Assembly: GCF_030684315.1 (NCBI RefSeq)
Contig: NC_081367.1
Coordinates: 42,195,973-42,259,852 of the forward strand
Direction: 5' to 3'
From: Stegostoma tigrinum
Taxonomy: Eukaryota
Length of the DNA stretch: 63,880 nt
The translations under genes and the position numbers were made by a program. Position 1 is the stretch's first letter, and each line of letters begins with the position of its first letter. Below are positions 38,004 to 50,974 of the stretch, piece by piece. The notes beneath the pieces are model-generated. The model searched no databases and was not told where the DNA came from. It worked only from the letters and a program-made list of their open reading frames with translations.

Positions 38004-39104
38004 AGAATGCTTTCGAGTATGTTGCTGAAATTTTCACCTTTCATTCATTTAAATATTTTTAGACCTTGTGAGAACAAAAATGAGGATGAAGAAGAGATCC
38101 ATGAACATAATTCACAATAAAACAGACTAATAAATTGTAAATGTTTTAAAGCTTTGAAGTAAAATACAATGCCAAGTTTTATTTTTGTATTTCAGATTCA
38201 GGGTTGCCAATACCTTGGTACTGGTGTTATTGAATCCTGTTTATGATGCATTTATAATTCTGAAATAAATATAAGGTAACAGGTTAATATTTCAGCACAT
38301 AACAGTGTTTCTGAATTCTAAATGCCACCAGAGAAAAAGTAACCGGCTGACATATAATCCACCTGAGAAGTCTTTTTTCATCTTTGGAACTTGTGTTTGA
38401 ATTCAGTCAAGTCTTAAAAGATGAAAGCTTCTTCTCTTTGATGCTGTAAAGTTCTAAATAATATCGATGTTAGTGGACTCTGACAGATTCACAGAGTTGA
38501 CGCTTTTCCTGCTTTAGTTATTTGTTTGGTGTCATCCTCCTACCTTGGGCAAAATGTCCACAGTTGGTCTTCCTGCCCATCAGTGAATGTGACCTTGAAG
38601 TGGACAATCAATGATCATGAAAGGCTGATCCTGCTGCCATTACTATTAGACTAGCATGGCTGGGCCATTTGCAACATAGGAAGCATATCAAATAATCTTC
38701 TGAAAGTGGATTTCTTTCATTGAGGCCACAGAAGTAGGCCCAGGGTCAAAGGTAGAGTGATGTGAATGCCAAGTTCGATAAGCCGGGGACAAAAAGCACT
38801 GTCTGGGATTGGGCAATGGGGCTGAACTTGAGGAAGATCCAAATCGGAAAAGGTGTCCATGATGCTGGTTCCACCTCTCCACTTCTTTTCTAGCTTCAGC
38901 CTAAAGCCCAGGACAGGGACCTGGAAGTGGCCATGACCAGATGTTGATTGCAATTTTCCCCAGAGCTGCCAATTAAGAAGCCACCTCTGGAATGTGTCTC
39001 ATGAGGACAGCAAGCAGAGTTGCTCTATGTCAGACCAGAAGCAGGGCAGAGGCATTGCCTGCAGCAAAGGCATCAAATCTAGAGGCCAAGAGTAAGGAGC
39101 AGAG

Positions 39105-39385
39105 GCACTTTCTCAGGAATAGTGATGGACAAAGTTGTATTCCCTGAAATCAAACAAGGTCCTTGAGGAGAATAATGGAAGCAGAAAAGAACTTAAACAA
39201 GAAATTAGGAGGGCTTAAAGGAGGCATGAAATGTCCTTGGCAAGTAGGATTTGGCAAGTAAGATTAAGGAGAATCCTAAGGTACTTTGTACTTATACTAG
39301 GAGCAAGAGACTAGCTAGGGAAAGGGTAAGTCCACTCAAGGACAAAGGAGAGAAGTTATGCATGGACCTAGAAGAGGGGAACTGA
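39105..39385 (+). mobile_element. CR1 internal fragment
   Basis: AGGAGGCATGAAATGTCCTTGGCAAGTAGGATT..GAGAATCCTAAG..GGACAAAGGAG, typical CR1 linker region. Confidence 0.65.
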
Positions 39386-39584
39386 AGGCTGCAAAGAAAT
39401 CTCTCTCTCACACTCAACACACACACACGCATGGTATCTGTCCCTCTCTTGCCCCTCACACACATACGCTCTCTCTCTACCTGCTCACACACACACTCTT
39501 ACCCCCCCCCACCATGCACACACACACTCTTTCCCACTCTCACATACACACACTCTCTCTCTCTCCCATCACACCCCCTCAACA

Positions 39585-39585
<1 letters not shown>

Positions 39586-39628
<43 letters not shown>
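39586..39628 (+). repeat. (AC)n microsatellite
   Basis: About 21 perfect AC units. Confidence 0.95.
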
Positions 39629-39629
<1 letters not shown>

Positions 39630-40012
39630 TTATATTTTCAGATGCATTCAATTTTGTTCAAAAAACACAATTTATAGACAGTCAATATGGTGTTTTAGAA
39701 ATTTCTACTTTAGAAATAAAACCAGTCTGACTCCAAACTAAAACACAAACAAATTGTAAACAAGACCCCACACCTAACATGCATTGTCTGATCTAAAATG
39801 TTATCTCTTCTTTACACTGATTAAACTTTTAGTTCTCTCTGAACCATGACTAGAAAGGAATTTGGAGATTTACATATACATGTTAATCAGTTAAAACCTT
39901 CTCACTGATTATAAATTTAACAGCATCATAGGCTGTTTATATGTCCTCATCAGTGGTGTGAATCTTTGATCTTTTACTTATAAATTCTGTGTCTGAAACT
40001 ATGTCTCTCACT

Positions 40013-40051
40013 AACACCTGAAGAAGGACTGAGGCTCCGAAAGCTTGTGTT
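40013..40051 (+). ncRNA. Minimal type I hammerhead ribozyme candidate (family D)
   Basis: AACAC-CUGAAGA-A-GGA(..)UCC-GAAA-GCUU-GUGUU: 5-bp helix I AACAC/GUGUU and palindromic AGCU helix III. Confidence 0.7.
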
Positions 40052-41797
40052 TTCAAATAAATCTGTTGAACTATAACCTGGTGTTGTGTGATTTCTGACC
40101 ATGTCCACCCAGTCCAACACCAGCACCTCCACATCATTTGTAAATTTGTAGCCAGATTGCGGGCTGGCAGGCAGGCAGCAGGAAGGACACTTGCAGAATT
40201 TTACAGGGTTCCCTCAACCTAAAATTCCACAGGCGAGTAACCATGACATTTTGACAATAGTTCCATAAAAACCTGGATCAGGGAACGTTCAAATTTTGTT
40301 ACCTCCAATGTTCAAACTCTGGAGCTGCTCTTCATAATGCAAATAATTTTGTTGTGGAATGATTGTTTTCCTTTGTTCTCAATTTTTCCCAATCCTTTTT
40401 TTTTAGAGGGAGGAGCTAAAGCCTTTTCTCCAGCGTAATGTCATCTGAGGGTGCAGTAAGAATTTGCTATTCTGTAGACTACTGTTATGGTTGGAAGTAG
40501 AAAGTAGCATTCCTGTTATCTTCTGTGAAGATATTATAGAAGGAGAGTGAAGTGATCGGATGATATCATCTTATAGAATCTCTGCCAATTCTGTCACTCG
40601 TACTCCAAAGCCACTCACACATAAATAAAGCCAGGACTGAGATCAGAATCTCATCCTTGCAGACATGCCAGTGATTTTCTTTTAAGAAACCAGTTATCCA
40701 AAGACAACTGATCACAGAGCAATCAATTGACATTGGGGAACAAAGGTTAGAAAATGCTTTGAGTGCTTTGAAGAACTTTGGTTTAAGCAGCTTTTCCACT
40801 TAACTGCTGCAGTGATAACCCTCACTGTGACAGATACATGTATTGCATCAAGTGAAAAAGTATGGACAGCTGCCAAAACCATGCCGGTGATCCTGACTCT
40901 GGGATTATCTGAGGAGACAGCAATCAAGGAAGTATGGGGAACAAGATTCTGGAAAGTTATGTGGGAGGAAAGATTCACGTATTCACATTCCATATGGGGC
41001 TTGCATGACCATTCCTGCTGAACCAGGTCCTACAAAGAAGCGGAGAAACAAATTTCTGTTTTTGCTTCTTTGCCATTCCAGTGTATTGATGGGAAAGCTT
41101 GAGTTAAAGTTCTAATCAGGCCAGAAATTATGGTGCCCACAGACCCAAATTTACATATTGAAAGGACTCACGGACTTTGGACAAACGTTCAAGCTGTAAA
41201 TTTGCAATTGGCAGGATCCGGATTGCTCAAGGACAGGAAAGTAACATAAACAATTGAAACTACTCACCTCCTGAGTTTCCCCTGAATGGATAGGGTTAAA
41301 ATTACCACCATCTCCCACCACCCCTGCAATCCACAAGCCAAAGCTAATCAGGGTCTGGTAGATACAGAAAAGAGAAAGGAAGGAAGGAATGATGAAAGAC
41401 AACTGGCATGCCAATCATGAAAGATAATTGGCTGAAAAACCTCCAAACTGGTATGATCAACCAAGTGGTGCAATGATATTAATAGAGAAAACAGTAAAAG
41501 CCTCACACAAGAAAAAAGATAAGGGTAGTACCATTATTCTCACTACACATACAGTAATTAATTATCAATTGCTTTCCTCCTCCCTTTATTCTTCACTTTG
41601 ATTTGACTTAATGTAGTCACATGTACCTAAGAACAGTGAAAAGCTTTGTTTTGTGAGCAGTACAAGCAGATCACAGCATGCAAGGATGTACAGATCATAA
41701 GGTGCTTAGACACAGCAAGACAATACAAGGTTATGGCTGCACAGGAGGTGCACAAAGCAAGTTCAACATGAGCAAGATCAAAATTATTTGAAGTTGG

Positions 41798-42001
41798 AGA
41801 TAGTAGGTACTGTCGATGCTGGAGTCTGAGATAACAAGGTGTAGAGCTGGATGAACACAGCAGGCCAGGCAGCATCAGAGGAGCAAGAAAGTTGACATTT
41901 TGGGTCTGGACCCTTCTTTAGACGAAGGGTCCAGACTCAAAACATCGTGTTTCCTGCTCCTCTGACACAGCCTGGCCTGCTGTGTTCATCCAGCTCTACA
42001 C
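41798..42001 (-). mobile_element. Palindromic PLE terminal-repeat insertion, family A variant, inside another retroposon tail (~41605-42085)
   Basis: Inverted arms meet at two decayed head-to-head hammerheads (GACCCTTC-TTAGAC-GAAGGGTC). Degenerate TSD ATTATTTGAAGTTGGA/ATTATTAAAGTTAGA. Confidence 0.8.
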
Positions 42002-42084
42002 ATTATTAAAGTTAGAGAGGTTCATTCAGCAGCCTTAAACGGCTGGGAAGAAGCTGTTCTTGAGCCTGTTGCTGTATGTGTTCA

Positions 42085-42397
42085 GATGGGGAATTTCAAG
42101 ACTAGGGGCCACATTTTTAAGGTGAGAGTAGAGAGATTTCAAAAAAGACATGAGGCAAAGTTTTTATACAGCGGGTGGTTTCCATGTGGAATGAACTTCC
42201 TGATGAAGTGGTGGATATGGGTACAATTACAACTTTAAAAGACATTTGGATGGATATATGAATGGGCAAGGTTTGGAGGGATATGGGCCAGGAGCAGACA
42301 GGTGGGACGAGTTTAGTTTCGGATGATGTTCGGCATGGACTGGTTAGACCAAAGAGTCTTTTACTGTGCTGTATCACTCTGCAACTCTATGACTCTA
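42085..42397 (+). mobile_element. CR1 3' end
   Basis: AGACTAGGGGCCAC..TGGAATGAACTTCC..CTCTATGACTCTA tail. Confidence 0.85.
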
Positions 42398-43879
42398 AGC
42401 AGAAGCTCTTGGGAGTTCAACAATAAATAATACTCCTTTGTAGTCAGGCTTCTTGAGCTATTATACCAGCCCAAGGGAAAAGAACTTCCCTTTCCTCTTA
42501 CATAGCCTTCAGGAGAATCTCACAGCAGGCATTGCAAAATGTAGACCCCACTTTCTGCTTGGTATCTGACAATTCCAGTGTGATTGTGACTGATTGGCAG
42601 AGGTTGACTGGTGTTCCTGGGTTGCAAAAGATTAAATGCAACCTGCAATCCTTTCAAATAAAGTGCCAGGAAGCAGAGACCCTGATGGTTCTATTGTGGG
42701 TCACAAGTGGGGCAGATTCTCCTGTCTGCTGGCACATAAAATTTGATGTTTTATCTGTGTGTGCATATGTAATGAATTATGAAGAAAATAATCATGAGAA
42801 AACCCGACTGAATGTCAAGCAGAAGTACTTCCTGCTTTTTGGGCAACATCCATGTTTAGTCTCCAAAAGAGATTCTGCCCATTCTTTCAGTCAACTGAGA
42901 ACAGCTAACACCACCATTAGAAAGGTCAAGAGAAAAATAGAAAGGCCAGACATGTACAGCAATGAAAGAGCTCTAAAAATACTTCAGTTCAATGATGTTA
43001 TTGAATGAAGCAAATCATTGCATTCCAGTGTAATTCATTGGCCACATCATGTTTTTATTGTTGCATGCAACCTTAGGCATCCATGAAAGGAAATCCCTGC
43101 AGCAAATTCTGGAAAGTAGTCTTGATGTTGATCTGATGGCAAGTTAATGAGGCCCTGGAGTTAAAATTTCTACTGTAATTAATGTGCTTCCAACTCACTA
43201 ACCCAATCAAGAGCCCCCAAACCATCCAAATTTACACTTAAACTATTAATCCATCTTTTCTCTTTACAAATGTTGACCCGTATTTTCCGTAATGAATTTA
43301 ATCATAAGTGCTACATACAATGAATATTCTAAAGATAAGTACAGAATCCACTTCATGGTATTGCTACCAAGCTTAACATGGGCCATTTTAGTGATACCTC
43401 TTTGCAAACAACGCTCCAACATCAAACATATCCCACTGGCAGTTGCCAGTCCCTACATAGGTAATCTAAAACAGAAACAGAAATTGCTGGAAAAAATTAG
43501 CAGGTCTGGCAATATGCATAGAAAGAAAGCACAGTCAACATTTTGGGTCCAGTGACCCTTATTTCAACACTATTTATGCAATTACAGCCCTCAACCAGAT
43601 ATGCAAGTCAAATCAATTTCCTTATCAGTGAACCTTGCAGATCCATTCTAGCTACATGCAAGTTAGTGACATTTATTTTTATGACTTACGTTGATGTCAT
43701 GAAAAAATGTAGTGTAAGCTTGTAGAGGACTACTGGGAATTACCAGCCCATATCATCCAGCATAGGGAACAATGGATCAGCAGTTTCACTGGACCCTCCA
43801 TCTCTGTCAGGACCCAAGTGCTCCTAGGGATTCAAATGATCCTCCCAGCAGACTGAATTCCAAAAGAAAACTAAAGGAC

Positions 43880-45430
43880 TCTGAAAGACACCCTTGTGCA
43901 GGCCCATCAAGCATCAAGTGAAACCTCTTTGGATGTCATGGCAACAAACACCTTCATGATATCATTTGTTTATAGAGACCCATACTGAAACTGAAAAGGC
44001 AGGTCCCTATTACATCAAAGACTTTGAGCTATTGTGCCACTCCCTCATGCAAAACACAGCTGTGCCACCTGTGAAATAACGTTGCTTCTGTAGTTCATTG
44101 CGTATCATCAACTGTAATCTGAGACACTATTCGGTTCAGCAGTTTCCATATTGTAAACATGTAGAAATCTCCACGTTTCGGCTGGAAACAGAAAATTTTG
44201 TTAAAAATGTCCCAACCAGCCACCTACGAGGAAGACTTCTCCAGTCATCATACTAATTATGATCACTCAGTGCCAGATAGAAATGGTGAAGAGGTTCTCG
44301 GTTTGGCCTTAAGGAGTATCTTCACTCAAACACATGTCTCCAAACAATAGGGGCATTACCATTCAGCCCACGGTGTTGGAAATACTCAACTTATCCATGC
44401 TCCCTTGTTGGCCACCCTCACCTGATACAATTCTTAGTCCTGGAAGACATCTCATATTATCAACATAGGCCATCATTTATTCACATTGCCCTTTATCTTC
44501 CAGTCATCAACAGTCAAGGAAGATGTGATAGAACTCCCTTAAGGCCTGACAATGCAGCCAGGTGAACATGCAGTAAGACAATAGACTGTATTATTGTAAT
44601 TATATCTATCTATAATATTCCTGTGGAAGAATTTATAGATGCTTTTATGGTGCCATCCACACAGTTGTCACCCATGGTTACCAACCCGCCTCTATCCATG
44701 CCTTCATAGACAGAGTGCAGCATTTCTCAAGAAATATAAATCATCTAGTGACCCTGATACAGAAAACCATCTCATCCAGACTATTCAGTCTGCTTTCAAC
44801 CTGGCTCGGGAATTTTTCTTTGAAACATTCCCTCACAGTTGACACTTGGATAAGGGAGAAGTGCATGAAAAAGACTGACCAGAAGACTACCTCAGGACTC
44901 AGTGCTCACCCAATGCTGTTCAACAAGCATACAAATGACTAACCAACAACCATAATCTCACACGTTTACCTGTGCATCAGTTGTGCCACCCAAGCTCCAT
45001 CCTTCTGCACGCAAGATCTGAGCCTTGCCAAAGACTTTGCAAAATTATCAGATTACTGCACCACATGAGATCACAAACTGAATTACTCTAAAACCATTTC
45101 AGAGATAATAGGAACCGCAGATGCTGGAGAATCTGAGATAACAAGGTGCAGAGCTTGATGAACAAAGCAGGCCAAGCAGCATCACGGGGGCAGGAAGGCT
45201 GACTTTTTGGGCCTAGATCCTTCTTCAGAAATTCTTGTTATGTCTTTACTCTAAAACCACATTTTGTCTCCACAATGCCAGTGCCAAAAAGAATTGCACA
45301 TCTCCATAGATGGCCAGAGGCTAAAATATGATTCCAACCCAACATACTTGGGCGTGGCTCTTCCTTTCAGGGACATCTGAAGCAAATAGCAGCAAATTAG
45401 ATTAATAATTCATTCAGCACAACCACTGTG
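43880..45430 (+). mobile_element. Degraded Ingi/Vingi-like LINE (APE and RT remnants)
   Basis: Collinear remnants ETH..F.L..HAKH (~43975), QHRPSFI (44461), PQ.SVL.PMLFN (~44890) and NPTYLGV (~45337). Confidence 0.55.
45101..45245 (-). mobile_element. Family A PLE end with short inverted remnant
   Basis: Tail, arm and decayed hammerhead, then CTTGTTAT. TSD TTACTCTAAAACCA at 45083-45096 and 45246-45259. Confidence 0.8.
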
Positions 45431-45785
45431 GCATTTCTTGGCAATATTGTACATTTGGGAGAGAATCTGAGGAAACAGGGATGCTGGGATTACCAAGCAC
45501 TGCAAAAGATGGGGCTACTGAAGTACAGCTGCACTGTAATCTTAAAGTGATCTCAGCACTACACTGTTTCACAAGTTTACTTAGCAAAAAAAATGCCAAT
45601 ATTCAGTGGAGGGAGGTGAACAAAGAGGAAGGCTTAGGAAATACCAAATAAGTGATATGCAGTCATTTCCAAGTTCTTCCAATCACACAAAAGATTTTTT
45701 ATCAGTTCACTCTCAGGGGAATTCAACGGATTCACTTTTCATTGCTGCATCTCATCCTGATGATCAGACTCATTGTGCTTGTCTC

Positions 45786-45989
45786 GGAGATAATAGGAAC
45801 TGCAGATGCTGGAGAATCTAAGATAACAAAGTGTGGAGCTGGATGAACACAGCAGGCCAAGCAGCATCTCAGGAGCACAAAAGCTGACGTTTTGGGCCTA
45901 GACCCTTCATCAGAGAGCCTGAACCGTCAGCTTTTGTGCTCCTGAGATGCTGCTTGGCCTGCTGTGTTCATCCAGCTCCACACTTTGTA
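45786..45989 (-). mobile_element. Palindromic PLE terminal-repeat insertion, family A
   Basis: Near-perfect ~65 bp inverted arms; hammerhead CTGATGAAGGGTCTAGGCCCAAAACGTC (minus, 45883-45913). TSD CATTGTGCTTG(T/C)CTC at 45771-45785 and 45990-46004. Confidence 0.9.
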
Positions 45990-46171
45990 CATTGTGCTTG
46001 CCTCCTTTCTTTTCTGTCTCCTGCTAGTGCCCCATTTCCTTCCTGGAGTATCTGTTTGTTCCTCTGTCTTGTTTTAAAGCTGTCCCACGATTAAACAAGT
46101 ATGCCAAACATTCTCTATCCTAACTGCTGCCCCAATAAACCTGTTGTGGCGATCTTCAGCTGATTTTCGTT

Positions 46172-46470
46172 CATAGAGCCCCTGTAGTGCGGAAACACGC
46201 CCTTTGGACCAACAAATCCACACTGAACGTCAGAGCATCCCACCCAGACCCCATCCCCCTATAACCCACCTAATCTACAAATCCCTGAACACTATGGGCA
46301 ATTTGGCATGGCCAAGCCACCTACCCCACACATTTTTGGGCTGTGGAAGGAAACCAGAGCACTCAGAGAGAATGTGCAAACCCCACACAGACAGTTGCCC
46401 GAGAGTAGAATCAAACCTGGGTCCCTGCTGCTGTGAGGCAGCAGTGCTAACCATTGAGCTACCATGCTGC
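46172..46470 (-). mobile_element. tRNA-derived SINE (HE1/V-SINE-like)
   Basis: Diverged copy of 53336-53655; A/B boxes on minus. Confidence 0.8.
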
Positions 46471-46884
46471 TCTAGAACTCACATCCTTGCCTTCAAGTTC
46501 TGTCATTACACAACATTCCTTTATCACAAGAAGCTGGATATGTAAACACAACAAAGCCAACACCAAGCTCAATGGCTCTTGAGATAATGATGATAATGAG
46601 CCACCATTTTGATAACAATTTATTTGCTTTCTAGACCAATTCAGAGGGCAACTAAGAGACTGTAAACCTTGGGCCACATAATGGTGGAGATCACGAATGG
46701 GACATTTTCTTCCATAAATAACATTAGTGAACCAGATAATATGTAAAATTACAAACAAGAAGTTTCACAATCCCCATTTCTGCTGCTAGAATTCCATTCC
46801 AGATGTATTTAATTTATATTCAAGTGGCCATCATGGCTCCAGATTAATCTAGGCCTTTAAATTACTAAACCACTAACGCAGTGC

Positions 46885-47225
46885 TGGAGAGGCGATGGCC
46901 TAGTGGTATTATTGCTGGACTGTTAATTCAGAGACACAGGTTCAAATTCTACCACACAGAAGATGAAATCTTAATTCAACCAAAAAACAAAATCTGGAAT
47001 TAAGAGTCTAATGGTAACCATGAATCCATTGTCAATTGTTGGGAAAATCCATCTGGCTCACTAATGTCCTTTAGGGGAGGAAACTCTCATCCTTACCTGG
47101 TCTGGCCTATATGTAACTCCAGATCCACAGCAATGTGATTGACTCCTAGCTATTCTCTGGGCAATTAGGGATGGGTAATAAATGCTGGCCTGGCCACTGA
47201 TGCCCACATCCCGTGAATTAATAAC
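46885..47225 (+). mobile_element. DeuSINE-like SINE (SacSINE1-like)
   Basis: tRNA-like head TGGCCTAGTGG..GGTTCAAATTC, central CTGGCTCACTAATGTCCTTTAGGGGAGGAAA, and a LINE-derived tail. Confidence 0.7.
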
Positions 47226-48371
47226 TAAAACAAAACCGCTGTGCTATCACTCATAACCAGACAATAGAGCAAGTAACAGATTTTTATTTTTAGAACTCTC
47301 CTGCTTCTGTTGCTAACTAAATTGAAACACATGTTCATTGTGACAACCCTTAAAAGAGCAATGCAAATGCAAATCCTATTTGTCAACAAAGCCTAGTAAA
47401 ACGATAAAAACAAATTCACATTTGTGTTTCAAATGATTAGGAGATTTTTCAATGTTTTGGAATTTTAAATCAATTAATGAGCAAAATGATACTCATTCAA
47501 AAGATATTCTCATTACAAAATGACTTCTTTTGCGGCAGCCATGTCAGGCCAAGATTGTTTCATGTTGTAATCTCATGGTATATTTTTACTAGTTGTAATG
47601 GTAATTCAAATTCTCATTCTTTTGAGTATTTAATATGCATGAGTTTCTATTCTTAGCTGCAGTTTTCTCCTGCTAAAGTATGATACTTGAATTATTAGAG
47701 GCTCCAGGGTCATAAAGTATTGTGGAAAATGTAAAACCTATCTTCAAATCTTAGAGATCACCTCCAATTTTATGATTTCAACAACTTGTATTTCTATAGT
47801 GTTATTAACATAAGGCAATTGATAAGAATTTTACCAAACAAAATCTGACTCCAAGCCATATAAGGTAATAATAGGCAACACCCACTTCCTCCAAAATCAA
47901 CACTCAGGAACAGCAGTGTGTGTTACTATATACAAGGCGTACTGCAGAAATTTACCAAAGATCCTTAGTCAGGACTTTCCAAAGCACAATCACTTCCATC
48001 TGGCAGAACAAGGGTAACAGATAAGTTGCCCTCCAAGCCACTCACCATCCTGATTTGGAAATATATCACTATTCTTTCACTGCCGCTTAATCAAAATTCT
48101 GAATTTCATCCCTAAAGACATTGTGAGCAGATCACCACCACCTTCTCAGGGGCAACTAGGGGCGGGTAAGAAATGCTGGCCCAGCCAGCAACTCCCAAGT
48201 CCCGTAAGTGAATGAAAAAATTGATCAAGAAGCTGATAATGAAGGTAAGTTTTTAGGAGTGCTTTACGGGAGGAAAGAGAGGTAAAGATGCAAGGGGTTT
48301 ACTGGCAGATCCTAGACCCTGTGATCTTAGCAGCTGAAATCACGGCTGGCAATGGTAAATGAAACTGTGAG

Positions 48372-48581
48372 AGGTAAAGTCACCATAATCTTACCGGACC
48401 TTGGCTGCTCCCTCACTAGAGAGAGAGAGTCAGCCGATGGTAATTTAACTTGAGGGTCCCCCCCTCTCAGAGAGATTGAGAAGGAATGTGCTTCATGGTA
48501 ACCTCAGCCAGTACTGGAATTGAACCCATGCTATTGGTATCATTCCATTTCACAAACCTGCCATCCAGCCAACTTAGCTAA
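48372..48581 (-). mobile_element. tRNA-derived SINE, third family
   Basis: Minus strand TAGCTAAGTTGG (A box) .. GGGTTCAATTCC (B box). Confidence 0.6.
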
Positions 48582-48954
48582 CAGTAACATAAATGAGGTT
48601 TGTGTGTGTAACAAAGCCTAGCAAAGCTACAAAGATGACTATATGTGCAATGATAAAAATGATACAGAAACCTTTCGATGTTTTAGCATTTTAGAATCAG
48701 TTATTAATTTATATGCTAACTATTCTAAGAAACGTTTCCACTGGGTCTTGTTACAATATGGTTTCTATTGTGGCAGCCATGACAGATAGGTTGTCTTAAC
48801 GTGTAATTTTCATGATATCCGGCAGGTGAAATGTTTAGAAGCAATGTGAAGGGAATGGAGACTGAAGAAATTGGGGTCATCCTTCCCATTATTTACTTGA
48901 AGGAAACATTTGCCTATCCACTACCAGATATCAGACAAACAGTCTGATAATTTC

Positions 48955-49083
48955 CAGAGATAGCAAGGTGTAGAGCTGGATGAACACAGTGGGCAAAGCA
49001 GCATCAGAGGAGCAGGAAGGCTGACGTTTTGGGCCGAGAGCCCTGTTATCTCAGATTCTCCAGCATCTGCAGTTCCAACTATC
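48955..49083 (+). mobile_element. Family A PLE insertion with asymmetric inversion
   Basis: Inverted arm joined to TGTTATCTC plus tail. TSD TCTGATAATTTC at 48943-48954 and 49084-49095. Confidence 0.8.
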
Positions 49084-50891
49084 TCTGATAATTTCGAGAC
49101 ACTGATGGAGCAGAAAGAGGCAGTAGTTAGATAAATTTGAGTTGTATCACTGTACATGTAGAATCTTATGCCATGCTTTTAGATGATGCAACTGAGGGCA
49201 GCCTATAAGAAAGAAATGGAAGGGAGTCAAGGCTAAATCCTGGGCAATACAAGAGATAAAGGACAGGAGCAGGAGGATGGGTAATAAATATAAATGAAAT
49301 ACTAGTATTTTATTGGAATATTTTACTGTTCAATATAAATTTACCATGGCCAAGATTTTTCCTATCGCCATTTGGTAGAAGCTGCTAGACCATGGTGTAG
49401 GCATGTGTGCGTAATGGGATCTGTCAAAATAAAATGAACAACTTTGATTCCACTGGCTTTCTACTGTGTTCCAATCCTGACTTCCTATCTGAATGTCATC
49501 AGGACCCTGTGTGCGACTTTTTCCTGAAGCCTGAGGAGGTTAGTGGGCAGTTACAATGTCATGAAAACCTGGCCTGCCCCCAATCCCTGCCCAGTGCCTT
49601 CTCTCCTCACTCGCTGACAGCAAGGCAAAAATGCATCGAAGTAAAACCAAGGAAAAGTCATTGGAAAGTTCCACATTAACCTCACTGCAATGATTTGTGG
49701 AACAAAGCCAAAAGTATGATCCTAGTCTCATATTGAGCCCCTTTTTCTGGAAGCCTGCGCACAGCCCTGGCATTGACCTGGCATTTCTAGTCATGGAAAA
49801 ACCCGCACCAGATACACAAATTCTGTCTGAATGACACCCAAAGGACGGATCACTTCTTCCTGTGCAGGATATTCATTGTATGGTAACACTGTTTATGAGT
49901 CTGTCTTGTGTTGACCTCAGATTAGCTGGGAGTGCAAAACAAAATCTGCCTGCTTACATGCAGAACAACTACGTCTGCTGAATATTAGAAGTCTGACTGA
50001 GCGCAGGAGCTGGAGAGTGAGGGGGCCTGGAGCATATTGGGAAGGCTGGGACTGGGCCAGGAAGATTAGGGGAGCAGTGGGATTTGCCCGCCACACACTG
50101 CTGCTCTGGCATTTTGGCAGCATCAGGCAATGTGGCAGGCAGCCCACCTATCCTGAGGCCAATCAAAGCTTTTGTGACCAATTCAATGCCCCCTTAAAGA
50201 TATCTTTACACTGTTATTGGTGTTTTATCAGATGTACTCTGGTGGACCTTTCCCTGGGCTTGTGGGATGCGTTTTTGTAGCTCATGCTGGGTCCCCACAG
50301 TGGGAAGTGACATCTTGTGGAAACATCCCACTGCTCCCGACAAGCATTCCCACCCCCCAACCCTTGCCTGATTAGCCCCTGTGAGCCTGGGTGCACTTAC
50401 TCGGCTTCTGGGGCCTCTGCCATTGCTGCTGGTATTCCTTCAATTGGCCAGCAGCTCTTGAAAGTATGACTTCAATCCCTCAAAGGAAAGGTAGCCTTGA
50501 TGGCACACAGTTAATTGCCTGCTGCAAGTAAGATTGTGTTGAGGTGGACCTGACTGCCAGCCCCTCTTTCATGAGCATGTCTGTTTCTGGCAGTCCATGG
50601 AGGAGGGGGCACTTGGTGTCCGCTGTTATCTTCGGAGCATGTGCTAACTGATGGACACCATCGGGGTCTGCAGAGCATCATCACCCCAGGTTATGGTAGT
50701 TTAATTTAAATTTGTTACCTTTCTGTTGAAGTTTTGTTTTGTGTTCCCCATCCCTTTAAGGGGCTGTCACATGTTTATTCACCGGTTAACTGAATCAGTT
50801 TGTTTTCACGGACCTCCTATAACCAGCTGAGATGAAGGTACCCTCAAATTTCCCAGCCAGTGAATCAGGAGGGCCCATGCCGTGAAGTCCC

Positions 50892-50974
50892 AGATAACAA
50901 AGTGTGGAGCTGGATGAACACAGCAGGCCAAGCAGCATCTTAGGAGCACAAAAGCTGATGTTTTGGGCCTAGAC
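50892..50974 (-). mobile_element. Family A PLE end, single arm
   Basis: AGATAACAAAGTGTGGAGCTGGATGAACACAGCAGGCCAAGCAGCATC..GGGCCTAGAC. Confidence 0.8.

Larger units (their letters stand above)
39400..40138 (+). mobile_element. PLE-type 3' region with CA/CT-rich tract and hammerhead-bearing terminal repeat (family D)
   Basis: Low-complexity tract, then CACCTGAAGAAGGA..CTCCGAAAGCTTGTG..AAATAAA..CTATAACCTGGTGTTGTGTGA. Confidence 0.6.

Noticed and set aside
40566-43008. ORFs at 40566-41021 and 42532-43008 as exons of a neighbouring gene such as XXYLT1
   Set aside because: No recognisable protein motifs or splice structure; I found no XXYLT1-like peptide in the window.
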